The notes beneath the pieces were generated by a model. That model was not told the DNA's origin. It did not search any database and saw nothing but the letters and a program-made list of their open reading frames with translations. A DNA stretch of 63,943 nucleotides, the filler included, from Octopus bimaculoides (Eukaryota), in assembly GCF_001194135.2 (NCBI RefSeq). It is 6 parts of 5 records of this genome, joined end to end, with 100 filler letters (N's around TTAATTAATTAA, not from the genome) between each part and the next. Parts side by side here need not be neighbours in the genome. Positions count along the whole stretch, not along the records: positions 1 to 29,113 come from NC_069007.1; 5 more parts are not named here. One strand, given 5' to 3'. The stretch's first letter is position 1. Each line of letters opens with the position of its first letter. Made by a program: the position numbers and the translations under genes. Below, one piece after another: positions 11,507 to 24,248 of this stretch.

Positions 11507-12104
11507 CAGAGGATGTAGCAACCGTTACCAATATAGCATAAGAACTTACCTTAGGGGATCATTAACTAGATTCCTTAAGGGTCGTTCTCACAGTTTATAT
11601 TTATATTTCAAAGTTTTTAACTTTTAAATTTGTATATTTAAAAGAGATAGAAACTTCAAACTCGATATATCCAAGATCGATTTATTTACCACTCTATGTC
11701 AACATTTCTGTGCCCAAACTTATCCAGTGACTGGTCCATTGGATTTCCGACATTTGGCACTTCTTATATATACACACACACACACACATATATTTTTATT
11801 TATGCGCCCTTTTCAAGCCTAGCCAGGCTCATGGGCCCAGTTCCCAGTTTCCATGGCGTATGTGTTCCTCCCCGGCTGGACAGGACGCCAGTCCATCACA
11901 GCTTTACTCAAGAAACAGGAAGAAAGAGCGAGAGAAAGTTGGGGCGAAAGAGTGCAACAGGGGTCGCCACCACCCCCTGCCGCTGTCATACCATCTTCAT
12001 TATCTTCACCATTTAATGTCTGCTTTTGATGCTGGCATGAGTTGAGCCATAATAATGATAATGGTGTGTAGTAAAATTTTAATTTATTTTTGTCTTTAGT
12101 CAGA

Positions 12105-12640
12105 AAGTATTATTCTCTGTGTGTTTCTATCCAGAAATCAAAGGAAATGATTACTGTTCCCTTCAAACCTTGCTTTTCTGACCTGGACATCAATGTTTTG
12201 AAACTGACCAATTTCCCATTACATTTCAGACAGATTCAGTGCCGAGTTGCTGAAGCAGAAATATCATTATAGCAAATATTCTGCTCAATACTACAGATTT
12301 TCTTGTTGTCTATGGTTAGTAAGTGTTATTTCTTATTTGCTTCTTTCTAGAAATCAAAGGAAATCACTACTGTTCCTTTCAAACTTTGCTTTTCTCACCT
12401 GGACATCAATGTTTTGAAACTGACCTATTTTCCATTACATTTCAGATAGATTCAGCAATGAGCTGCTGAAGCAGAAATATCGTTATAGCAAATATTCTGC
12501 TCAATACCACAGATTTGCTTATCAGTTGATTGACCGTAGCCAGTTGAGTGTGTCCCTTAGTGGCTGACAATGTCTGCATCTCTGTTGATGAGCAGAAGTA
12601 GTGGGAGAGCATCAAAGGGATTCATTGGGGTTTGAATAGA
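12105..12640. mobile_element. Fragment of the same repeat family with a ~210-bp tandem duplication
   Basis: agaaatcaaaggaaat...ctcaatac(t/c)acagattt occurs twice (~12130-12300 and ~12350-12516); the downstream part matches 62783-62947. Confidence 0.65.
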
Positions 12641-13347
12641 TATCATAACAAAAGCAAAGTTTGAAGGAAATTTTTCATACTTTCTAGGGGTAAGCAAATA
12701 GGAAATAACAGTTGCTACCCAAAGACAAAAATCATGTTACACAGCATATTAATTCTTCATGTATAATTGCCAACCAAGTGTGGCATCCTATACATGACAG
12801 TGCTACTGACGTTTATAGTCCCAGGAAGACATCTCTTCCTGCTGGCTAATGACACAAATTCTGTGTCCAACTAGTATTTGTGAGGTGAGGCCATCGCTCC
12901 CATCACGTGATACACATGGACTTGAGTTTCTGAGTGGTTACCCATCCTCAGCGTGTGTTAACCACCAGCTAGTGATGAAAACTCATTCCACTCGCAAAAT
13001 ACCAGCAATTTTGAGGGGAGGGGACAAGCTTATTACATCAATCCCCCCAAACTGAATTCCCTAGTAGGATTTGAACTCAGAATGTCAAGAACTGGAAGAA
13101 ATGCTGCACAGCATTTTTCTGACACTGTTTTGTCAATCCACATAACAACAACAACAACAATAATAATGGTTTCACATTTTGTCACAAAGCCAGCAATTTC
13201 AGGGCTGGGGGTGAATTATGTTGACCCCGGTACGCTTATCAACCCTTAAAGGATGAAAGGCAAAGTCAGCCATAGCGGGATTTGAACTCAGAAGAATGTA
13301 AAGACAGACAAAATGTTGCTAAGCATTTTGCCAGCTTACTACATTAG

Positions 13348-13402
<55 letters not shown>

Positions 13403-13809
13403 TAATAGTAATAATAATAATATGCATGCACAAGCACATACACACATGCAAAATACATATATACAAACGTGCACACATACATACATGTATATGCGCGCAT
13501 ACACTGACGCACATGCATGCACACAAACAAACAAGAAAACAGATCGCAGTTCCGATAATGGACAGAGTCAACAACTATTGAAAAGGTTGCAAGACACAGC
13601 GATAAATTTTAGTAAAAAATAAATAAGTAAATGAGTGGAAATCGGACCAGTGCGTGTGTTAAATTAATAAGGCACTAAAAGAGAATGATTCACTCCAGAC
13701 ATGATAAAAGAATTATAATCCTTTCTACTAAAGGCACAAGGCCTGAAATTTGGGGGGAGGGGACCAGACGATTTCATTGACCCCAGTGTTTCACTGGCAC
13801 TTATCTTTT

Positions 13810-14210
13810 ATCTTTTACTTGTTTCAGTCATTTGACTGTGGCCATGCTGGAGCACTGCCTTTAGTCGAGCAAATCGACCCCAGGACTTATTCTGTGTGAG
13901 CCTAGTACTTATTCTATCGGTCTCTTTTGCCGAACCGCTAATTTACAGGTACATAAACACACCAGCATCGGTTGTCAAGCGAAGTTGGGGGGACAAACAC
14001 AGACACACATACATATACACACACATACATATATACATATATATATATANNNNNNNNNNNNNNNNNNNNNNNNNNNNNNNNNNNNNNNNNNNNNNNNNNN
14101 NNNNNNNNNNNNNNNNNNNNNNNNNNNNNNNNNNNNNNNNNNNNNNNNNNNNNNNNNNNNNNNNNNNNNNNNNNNAGCAAGCTTCTTACAACACAGCTAC
14201 TCCTGCGCCT
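13810..14210 (-). mobile_element. SINE family A spanning a gap
   Basis: Tail at 13810-14000, N gap, head remnant at 14177-14210. Confidence 0.75.
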
Positions 14211-14344
14211 GGCTTAGTTTGTCAACCCCGAAAGGATGAAAGGCAAAGTTGACCTCGGTGGAATTTGAACTCAGAACAAAAAGATAGATGAAATACCACT
14301 AAGCATTTTGCCCAGTGTGCTAACGATTCTGCCAGCTCGCTGCC

Positions 14345-14390
<46 letters not shown>

Positions 14391-14844
14391 TTTCAAATTT
14401 TGGCACAAGGCCAGCAATTTCAGGGGTGGAGTAAAGTCGTGCTTGCTTGAGAAGATAAAAAGGGGAGATGCTCACAGTTGGAATGTCTTTGATTGTAGGT
14501 CTACTCAGTCAGTTGATGCTTGACCCTAGGTCAAATGACCTAACTGACCAAATTTACAATCAAAAGACATTATAACCCTGCATCACATTGTCTAATGTAT
14601 CCCCACTTTTTATTTGATTTAGTATTTTTGTCCAACCCATGCCAGCATGGAAAGCAGACATCAAATAACGATGATGATGATGAAGATGGAGGGTCCTAAT
14701 GAAAATTTGACTGTTATTACTAGCAAGTCAGGCAACCGTATGCAGGTAATCTTGTTGGGATGATTTAAGTAGATTAGCTTAGATAGCTCTGTAGATAAGG
14801 GAAACTGCCGTGATGAAAGAGAGAGTTTGATAGCTAAGTCTTCA

Positions 14845-15545
14845 TTCTAGAGATAGACAGACAGAGAGATGATATAGAGAGATAGATAGATACAGATTGA
14901 TAGATAGACAGATAGATCGACAGAGAGTGAGAGAGAGAATGACAGAGAGAGAGAGAGATCGACAGAGAGAGAGAGAGAGAGAGATTGACAGATATACAGA
15001 AAGAGAGACAGACAGAGACAGACAGACAGACAGAGACAAACAGACAGAAACTGACAGACAGACAGATCGACAGAGAGATAGATCGACAGAGAGATAGATA
15101 GACAAAGGCAGAGATAGACAGAGAACGAGATAGATAGAGAGAAAAATAGACACAGAGAGAGAAAAATAGACACACGGAGAGAAAAAGACAGAGAGAGAGA
15201 TAGACAAAGAGACAAGTAGATGCATGGATAGACAGACAGACAGATAGATGGATAGACAGACATAGATAGAAGATGGATGGATAGATAGATTGATATATAG
15301 CCAAACAGATAGATAGATATATAGAGAGACAGACAGAGAAATTGATATATAGATAGATATACAAACAGATAGGTATATGGACAGATATACAAACATATGT
15401 ATACAAGTCTATCTATCTATCTCTCTCTCTATATATATATAGACAGACATATAGACACACAGACAGATATATATATATAAATAGACAGACTGATAGACAA
15501 AGAGATAGACAGACAAAGAGACAGACAATTATGTTAAAAGACAGA
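14845..15545. repeat. Compound (GATA/GACA/GA)n microsatellite field
   Basis: Read directly; source of several spurious LSIYLS-type ORFs. Confidence 0.9.
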
Positions 15546-16536
15546 GCTTGATAGTTATTCCACACTCTGTACGGTTAAACAGATAGGCAGGCGGGCGGGC
15601 AGATAGACAAACAGACAGACGATTACGTCTTGCTAGCTACTGCACGTTCTGTATAGGATGGAGAGACATACAGACGAACAGATAAGTAAATAAATTCCTT
15701 GTTCTGCTCACAGCTCCATAGACAGGCGTTTAAGTCAAAAGACAGAGCTGGAGAAATAGCTATTCCTCATTCTTTCTGTGCAGCACGAGACCCCACCCCG
15801 CCCCACCCCAAACAGTGTCANNNNNNNNNNNNNNNNNNNNNNNNNNNNNNNNNNNNNNNNNNNNNNNNNNNNNNNNNNNNNNNNNNNNNNNNNNNNNNNN
15901 NNNNNNNNNNNNNNNNNNNNNNNNNNNNNNNNNNNNNNNNNNNNNNNNNNNNNNNNNNNNNNNNNNNNNNNNNNNNNNNNNNNNNNNNNNNNNNNNNNNN
16001 NNNNNNNNNNNNNNNNNNNNNNNNNNNNNNNNNNNNNNNNNNNNNNNNNNNNNNNNNNNNNNNNNNNNNNNNNNNNNNNNNNNNNNNNNNNNNNNNNNNN
16101 NNNNNNNNNNNNNNNNNNNNNNNNNNNNNNNNNNNNNNNNNNNNNNNNNNNNNNNNNNNNNNNNNNNNNNNNNNNNNNNNNNNNNNNNNNNNNNNNNNNN
16201 NNNNNNNNNNNNNNNNNNNNNNNNNNNNNNNNNNNNNNNNNNNNNNNNNNNNNNNNNNNNNNNNNNNNNNNNNNNNNNNNNNNNNNNNNNNNNNNNNNNN
16301 NNNNNNNNNNNNNNNNNNNNNNNNNNNNNNNNNNNNNNNNNNNNNNNNNNNNNNNNNNNNNNNNNNNNNNNNNNNNNNNNNNNNNNNNNNNNNNNNNNNN
16401 NNNNNNNNNNNNNNNNNNNNNNNNNNNNNNNNNNNNNNNNNNNNNNNNNNNNNNNNNNNNNNNNNNNNNNNNNNNNNNNNNNNNNNNNNNNNNNNNNNNN
16501 NNNNNNNNNNNNNNNNNNNNNNNNNNNNNNNNNNNN

Positions 16537-16568
<32 letters not shown>

Positions 16569-16789
16569 ATTACACATGCACACTAAAACATTTATTTTCT
16601 AAATTTCCAATTAAAAACAGAAAGGCTTTAGCAAGAAGACAAATAGATATAAGGGTGGGAATGGGATAGGTTGACAGATGGAAAGGGTAGATGCATAGGC
16701 AGTTAGCTGGATGGATGGATAGCTAGAGGGATGGATAGATAGAAAGACAACTGGTGATAACTTAAACAAATGGAAGGACACGTATATGG

Positions 16790-17510
16790 GTATATAGTTG
16801 AATGGGGTAGATTGGGATATGACATGGGTGGATGGATAGATGAATGAAGGGACACCCAGACAGATAGATGGATAGATGAGAGTACTGAATTGACAGACAG
16901 ATAAACAAGTAGGGGAACAATTGGCTGGGTGGACTGACAGATACATAGATGGATAGATAGTTGAATGGGGTAGATTGATATATGAAAAGGGAGGATAGAT
17001 AGATGGATGGATGGCTGAGAGAACAGAATCAACAGACAGACAAAGAAATAGATGAACAGTTGCCTGGGTGGATTGATAGACACATAGATGCATAGATAGT
17101 TGAATAGGGTACATTGGTATATAGAAAGGGTGGATAGACAGATGGATGGGTAGATAGCCAGACAGAAAGATACATAAATGAAAGTACTGAATCAACAGAC
17201 AGATAAATAAATGAAAAGTTGGCTGGGTGGATTGATAAACACATAGATGGAGAGACAGATGAATGGGGTGGATTAATATATGAAAAGAGTGGATGGATAG
17301 CAAGAGAGAAAGAATGGGTAGACATGAGTTCATTGGTTGGATGGATTGACAAATAGATGGGTAGATAGATGGGTAGACAGTTGGATCATTGAAAAGACAA
17401 TGGGGGATGGGGGTAGATGAAGTACTCATGAGACAGACATAGTTGAACAGTTGGATAGATGAATCAATAGATACATAGATGAGTAACCAGTTGAATGGGG
17501 TAGATTGGGT
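16790..17510. repeat. Degenerate higher-order minisatellite (~140-160-bp unit) built on GATA/GGAT motifs
   Basis: Anchor gttgaatggggtagattg recurs at about 16797, 16960, 17099, 17258 and 17490. Confidence 0.7.
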
Positions 17511-17744
17511 GGAGGAATAAACACACACATGCATATTCGTGCTTTACTTGTTTCAAACATTGGGTCCAGGCCATGCTCTTTTTTAAAAGTCTGGAACTTA
17601 TTCTATCAATTTCCCAATCTCCCCTGCCACACTGCCAAGTTATGGGAATGCAAACAAACCAACACCGGCCGTCAAATGGTGGAAGAGGATACAACATACA
17701 AATATGGATGTTAAATGCTGCTGCCGATGATGATGGTGTATGTG

Positions 17745-18150
17745 TGTAAGTGTGGTTGATTGGTAAGAAGCTTGCTTCCCAATTGTATAGTACTGGGTTC
17801 AGTCCCATTATGTGACACCTTGGGCAAGTGTCTTCTACTATAGCCTTGGGCCAACCAAAACCTTGTGAGTGGATTTGGTAGACGGAAACTGGAAGAAGCC
17901 CGTCGTATATACGTATATATATGGTTATGTGTGTTTGTGTGTCTCTGTCTCTGTGTTTGTACCCCTACCATCGCTTGACAACCAATGTTGGTGAGTTTAC
18001 GTCCTCGTAACATAGTAGTTTGGCAAAAGAGATCGATAGAATAAGTACTGGGCTTACAAAGTATAAGTCCTGGAGTCTATTCCTTGAACTGAAAAAAACC
18101 ATTAAGGTGGTGCTCCAGCATGACTGCGGTCTGATGACTAAAACAAGTAA
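17745..18150 (+). mobile_element. SINE family A
   Basis: Head, CORE-like box ACCTTGGGCAAGTGTCTT and tail. Confidence 0.8.
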
Positions 18151-18585
18151 TGGAATAAAAGAACACACACACACACACATACATACATATATACACACAC
18201 ACACATATACACACATACATATACACACACACACACATGATGGGTCTTGTAAATTATTTGGTGACCTCACTGCTGATGGTGCCATGTAAAAGCACCCAGT
18301 TCATTCTGTAAAGTGTTTGGCATTAGGAAGGGCATCCAGCCATAGAAACCATGCCAGCACGGAAAACAGACATATAATGATGATGATGATGATGATGATA
18401 GGCTTCCACACAGTTTCCATCTACAAGATTCACTCACGAGCACGAGTAGAAGAGACACTTGTTAAGATGCCATGCAGTGGTTCTCAGGCTGGTTTGTTTG
18501 ACTAAAATTCTTGAAGGCTGTGCCCCAGCATGGCCGCATCCAAATGATTGAAACAAGTAAAACATAAGAGATATATAGAGATATG

Positions 18586-18958
18586 TTCTTTTATTCTTTT
18601 GCCTGTTTCAGTAATTTGACTGCAGCCATGCTGGAGCACCACTTAGAGAGTTTTAGTTGAAGAAATCAATGCCAGGACTTATTCTTTGTAAGCCTTGTAC
18701 TTATTCTATCAGTCTCGTTTGCTGAACTGCTAAGTTATGGGGGACATAAACACATCAGTTGTCAAGACGCACACACACAAGTACATTCATATAAGGTGGG
18801 CTTCTTTCAGTTTCCATCTATCAAATCCAGTCACAAGGCTTTGGTCAGCCTGAGGCTATTAGTAGAAGACACTTGCCAAAGGTGCCATGAAGTGGGACTG
18901 AACCTAGAACCATATGGTTGGAAAGCAAGCTTATTACCACACCGTCATTCCTGCACCT
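18586..18958 (-). mobile_element. SINE family A
   Basis: Same motifs as the other copies, reverse orientation. Confidence 0.8.
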
Positions 18959-19194
18959 ATATATATATATATATATATATACATATATACATATATAGGT
19001 GCATATAAAAGTGTATAATATCATACATAGGACACCCTACATGCTAGAGACGGTAGCCAAACCCAAACCATGCAAAAAGTAATTCCAAAGAGAATGAAAA
19101 CAACAATTATTTACAGTTAATCCCAAACTCGAGTTTCTGTATTAATGAACAGACAAATTAATTTGTCATCTGTACTTCATCAATGGGATTGCCC

Positions 19195-19225
<31 letters not shown>

Positions 19226-19420
19226 GAGAGAAGGAAAAAAAAGATAAGTTAACAGAAAGACAGAGATAAATATATAAAGATTAACAGTACTTCCTGCTTG
19301 CTAAATAAATACATGGTTGAATATTCCAGAGACATGCGTACCATTAAAGTAATGGCTGGAGCACTCTGTTAGAGAAAGTGCATGGCTTAGGGCTTAGAGC
19401 ATTGGGCTTACAATCATAAA

Positions 19421-20534
19421 TATTGTGTTCACAATATGGTGATCGACGACATGCAATTGACTCTAAATCAAATAGTCAACGCTATTCGCATATGCCATGA
19501 AGGATCTAAGAATATTCTGCACAATGGACTACTTGGTGGGTGTCCTGTCTTCTGACGCCTGAACAAAGGTTCACCAGGCTGACCACATCATGGGAAAATC
19601 TGACAATGTTTGAGGCAGATCCAGCTGATTTCTGCAAACATTTCTTTACTTTACTTGTTTCAGTCATTTGACTGCGGCCATGCTGGAGCACTGTTTTTAG
19701 TTGAATCAAAATGACCCCAGAACTTATTCTTTGTAAGCCTAGTACTTATTCTATCAGTCTCTTTTGCCGAAGAATTAAGTTACGGGGACCTAAACACACC
19801 AGCATCGGTTATCAAGTGATGTTGGTGGGGGGGACAAACACAGCGATGTTGGTGATGGGAGCGGACAAAGGCTATAGTAGAAGACACTTGCCCAAGGTGC
19901 CACGCAGTTGGGACTGAACACAGAACCACGTGGTTGGTAAGCAAGCTACTTACCACACAGCCACTCCTGCGCCTAAGCCAGGATGAATGTTGCCTTCATC
20001 CCTTTGAGTCAGAGACAATCCATGTAGTGATAACACCCCCTCCTCACCTACTCCAAAGAAAGCCAAGGTCGTTTCATCTATGGGGAAGGTGATGGCTTCG
20101 GTATTTGGGGATGTAAAAAGCATTGTGTTTATTGACTATCTTCAAAAGGGCCAGACCATCAATGGGGAGTACTAAGCCAATATACAGGGGAAGTTATGAA
20201 AGGCTATAAAGACCAAATATAGAGGAAAACTGAAGAAACGGGTCTTGTTTCATCAGGACAATGTTCCCGCACACAAGTCCTTGTTCTCAATGACTGCTGT
20301 GTTGATCATCCTCCTTATTCTCCTGATTTGGACCCATTTGACTATCATCCGTTTCCCAACATTAGAAAAACCACTTGGCTGAAAACTAGTGTCGCAGTGA
20401 TGATGACATCATATCTGCTGTTGATGACTCTTTTGACCAACAGGGTGAAAGATTCTTCATCAATGGAATCCAAGAACTGCAACACCGATGGAAGAAGTGA
20501 GTGGACCGCAAGGGGGGACCATGTTGGAAAATAA
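19421..20534 (+). mobile_element. Mariner transposase pseudogene (DD34D region), interrupted by a SINE at about 19651-19974
   Basis: WVSCLLTPEQRFTRLTTSWENLTMFEADPADFCKHFFT [SINE] QDEC..., KAKVVSSMGKVMASVFGDVKSIVFIDYLQKGQTINGEY, RVLFHQDNVPAHKS, DHPPYSPDLDPFDY, FINGIQELQHRWKK*VDRKGDHVGK*. Several stops and frameshifts. Confidence 0.92.
19651..19974 (-). mobile_element. SINE family A inserted in mariner
   Basis: Splits the mariner frame between ...KHFFT and QDEC... Confidence 0.85.
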
Positions 20535-20629
20535 ACCTCATTTGGTCAGATTCCATGACTTGCACCATAATAAGCCTTCTAACCCATGCCAGCATGAAAA
20601 GCGGATGTAAAAGGATGTTGATAATTACA

Positions 20630-21659
20630 TCTTTTATCTTTTCCTTGTTCCAGTCATCAGATTGCGGCCATGCTGGGGCACTGCCTTGAAGGAGTTCAGT
20701 CGAATGAATCGACCCCAATACTTGTTTCCTTAAAGCCTGCTACTTATTCTATCAGTTTCTTTTGCTGAACTGCTAGGTTATGGGGGACATAGAAACACCA
20801 ACACCGGTTGTCAAGCAATAAGTGAAGACAAACAAAGACACAAAGAGACACACGTACACACATACATATGGTGGGCTTCTTTCAGTTTCCATCTACCAAA
20901 TCCACTCACAACGCTTTGGTTGACTCAAGGCTATGATAGAAGACATTTGCCTAAGGTGCCATGCAGTGAGATTGAAACCAGAACCATGTGGTTGAGAAGC
21001 AAATCCTCTTTTATATATCTTCTATTTTTTTACTTGTTTCAGTCATTAGACTACGGCCATACTGGAACACCACCCTGAATATATAAGTACATATATATAA
21101 TTCTAACATCCATTTTTCCATGCCTGCATGAGTCAGGGGAATTCATTAAAGCAGATTTCTCGTAGCCAGATGCTCTTCTTATCACTAACCTTCACCTGTT
21201 TTAAAGTAAAGTAATATTTTCCCTTGGCCAACCATGTTTACACAGAAGTTTGTAAACAACGGACACTGTTGCTATACTCTTTTACTAATTTCAGTCATTT
21301 GACTGCGGCCATGCTGGAGCACCGCCTTTTAGTCGAACAAATCGACCCCAGAACTTATTCTTTGTAAGCCTAGTACTTATTCTATCGGTCTCTTTTGCTG
21401 AACCACTAAGTTCCAGGGACATAAACAGACCAGCATTGATTGTCAAGCGATGTTGGGGGGACAAACACAGACACACAAATGTATATACATATATACGATG
21501 GGCTTCTTTCAGTTTCTGTCTACCAAATCCACTCACAAGGATCTGGTCAGCCCAAGGCTATAGTAGAAGATACTTGCCCAAGATGCCACGCAGTGGGAAT
21601 GAACCCAGAACCATGTGGTTAGTAAGCAAGCTACTTACCACACAGCTGCTCCTGTGCCT
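20630..21659 (-). mobile_element. Cluster of SINE family A copies (about 20630-21000, 21025-21080 tail, 21279-21659)
   Basis: Repeated head and tail motifs, all on the minus strand. Confidence 0.8.
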
Positions 21660-21964
21660 GATGGTAATTATCACAATGTGAAGATGAGGAGTTACACACA
21701 CACACACAAGATGCATCTTTGAGTTTCCCCAATCGGAAGACTTTGGTCAGTCTGGCGCTATAGTAGAATGCACTTGCTCAAGGTGTCATGTTGGGGAACT
21801 GAACCTGAAACCACGAGGTTGCGAAGCAAACTGCTTAACGACAGACACGCCTGCACCGGAATCGAACAAGCATGGAAAAGAGGAGATTAAAATGATCATG
21901 ATGGTGATGTAGCATACACACATGCACAGCTATAGAGATGGATGCACAAATGTACTGAGCTGTG

Positions 21965-22007
<43 letters not shown>

Positions 22008-22786
22008 ATCGCGTCATTGATAAAAATCGTCTGTAAGCTTACAGTCTCTATTCGTCCACCGACCCACCCACTCACTCTTCCGTCCGGCTGTCCACCCATC
22101 TCTCCCTCTCTCTCTCTCGCTCTCTCTTTCTCTCTCTTACTCATAATCTTTGCAATATAATTTTTATGATAATTATTCAATTTAATATCATTATTAATAT
22201 TAATGTCAATGACTGGAATACTATCAGTAAAAATAATCTGTACATACAGACAAACACACACACACACACANNNNNNNNNNNNNNNNNNNNNNNNNNNNNN
22301 NNNNNNNNNNNNNNNNNNNNNNNNNNNNNNNNNNNNNNNNNNNNNNNNNNNNNNNNNNNNNNNNNNNNNNNNNNNNNNNNNNNNNNNNNNNNNNNNNNNN
22401 NNNNNNNNNNNNNNNNNNNNNNNNNNNNNNNNNNNNNNNNNNNNNNNNNNNNNNNNNNNNNNNNNNNNNNNNNNNNNNNNNNNNNNNNNNNNNNNNNNNN
22501 NNNNNNNNNNNNNNNNNNNNNNNNNNNNNNNNNNNNNNNNNNNNNNNNNNNNNNNNNNNNNNNNNNNNNNNNNNNNNNNNNNNNNNNNNNNNNNNNNNNN
22601 NNNNNNNNNNNNNNNNNNNNNNNNNNNNNNNNNNNNNNNNNNNNNNNNNNNNNNNNNNNNNNNNNNNNNNNNNNNNNNNNNNNNNNNNNNNNNNNNNNNN
22701 NNNNNNNNNNNNNNNNNNNNNNNNNNNNNNNNNNNNNNNNNNNNNNNNNNNNNNNNNNNNNNNNNNNNNNNNNNNNNNNNNNNNNN

Positions 22787-22831
<45 letters not shown>

Positions 22832-22977
22832 ATTCTTGGACTTACACATGCAGATATACATCCATAATATACATTTACATGTATGTACATCTATAATATA
22901 CATGGTATACATCTGCAAGTATGCACAAGCATACATGTACAATCATACATACACACATATATATGCATATATACGTG

Positions 22978-23033
<56 letters not shown>

Positions 23034-23094
23034 CACACACACACACACACGCCCAATTACATGTTTAAACAAACATTTTCTTTTGTTTTAATCT

Positions 23095-23495
23095 CTTACA
23101 TTCTACTTGTTTCACTCATAAGTTTTGTGGCCATGTTGGGGCACCATTTTGAAGAACTTTCAGTCAAATGAATCGACTCCAGTACTTACTGTCTTTTTTT
23201 AAAGCCTGATATTTATTCCATTGGTCTCTTTTGCTAAATGCTAAGTTACAGGGATGTAAACACACCAACACCGGTTGTCAAGGGGTGGTAGGGGACAGAG
23301 ACACAAAGACACACACACACACACATACACACATGACGAGCTTTTTCCAGTTTCCGTCTACCAAATCCCCTAACAAGGCTTTGGTCAGCCCACGGCTATA
23401 GTAAAAGACACTTGCCCACAGTGCCATGCTGTAGGACTGAACCCGGAACAATGTTGTTGGTAAACAAGCTTCTTACCACACTGCCATTCATGCAC
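23095..23495 (-). mobile_element. SINE family A
   Basis: Same motifs, diverged. Confidence 0.75.
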
Positions 23496-24203
23496 CTATA
23501 TGTGCACACACATATGCAAATAGAGACTAACACACACATATATGCATACATAAATATATTTACACACACTATCTCACAATTATATGCATACACATACACA
23601 CACAGGAATATATACTTAAGCTGTCATACAAACACATTCACATACATACACAAGCACACAGATCTGTGCATACTTATACACATATACATACACTGACGGG
23701 CACATACACAAGCATACATACTCTCTCTGTCTCTCTCTCTCTCACACACACACACATGCAGGTATATGCATATTTTAATCCAAGTACGTACACATAAGCA
23801 TAAACAGACCAACACACGTTATACACAAACGAATATACTTGCACCCCCCCCCCCACACACACACACATTGACATGTGTAAATATGGATATATATATATAT
23901 ATAACGGCACACACAAGCTGACAACTGTGTATATACGACAGTCAAACATACACAACAGATGCTGATAATCTAAGTGACACACTTACCTACCATAATCTCA
24001 GGCATAAAAGCTAATACATACATACACACGCAGTCAATTCTATTCCAGATTTACATAGAAACACGTACATACATATATATATACACACATTCATGCATAT
24101 AAAGAAACACATATGTACATATAGCTACATACAGTGACAATAGATATATATTCACACACACACACATATAGTTAGATAGATAAATAGATAGATAGATAGG
24201 TAA

Positions 24204-24248
<45 letters not shown>

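Noticed and set aside
11552-11600. Strong minus-strand donor AAG|gtaagt
   Set aside because: No credible acceptor or open frame upstream.
12819-12884. 66-nt plus pseudo-exon SQEDISSCWLMTQILCPTSICE with GAG|gtgagg
   Set aside because: Weak acceptor and no recognisable family; expected by chance in 64 kb.
16611-17534. 307-aa minus-strand ORF
   Set aside because: Antisense read of the GATA/GGAT higher-order repeat.
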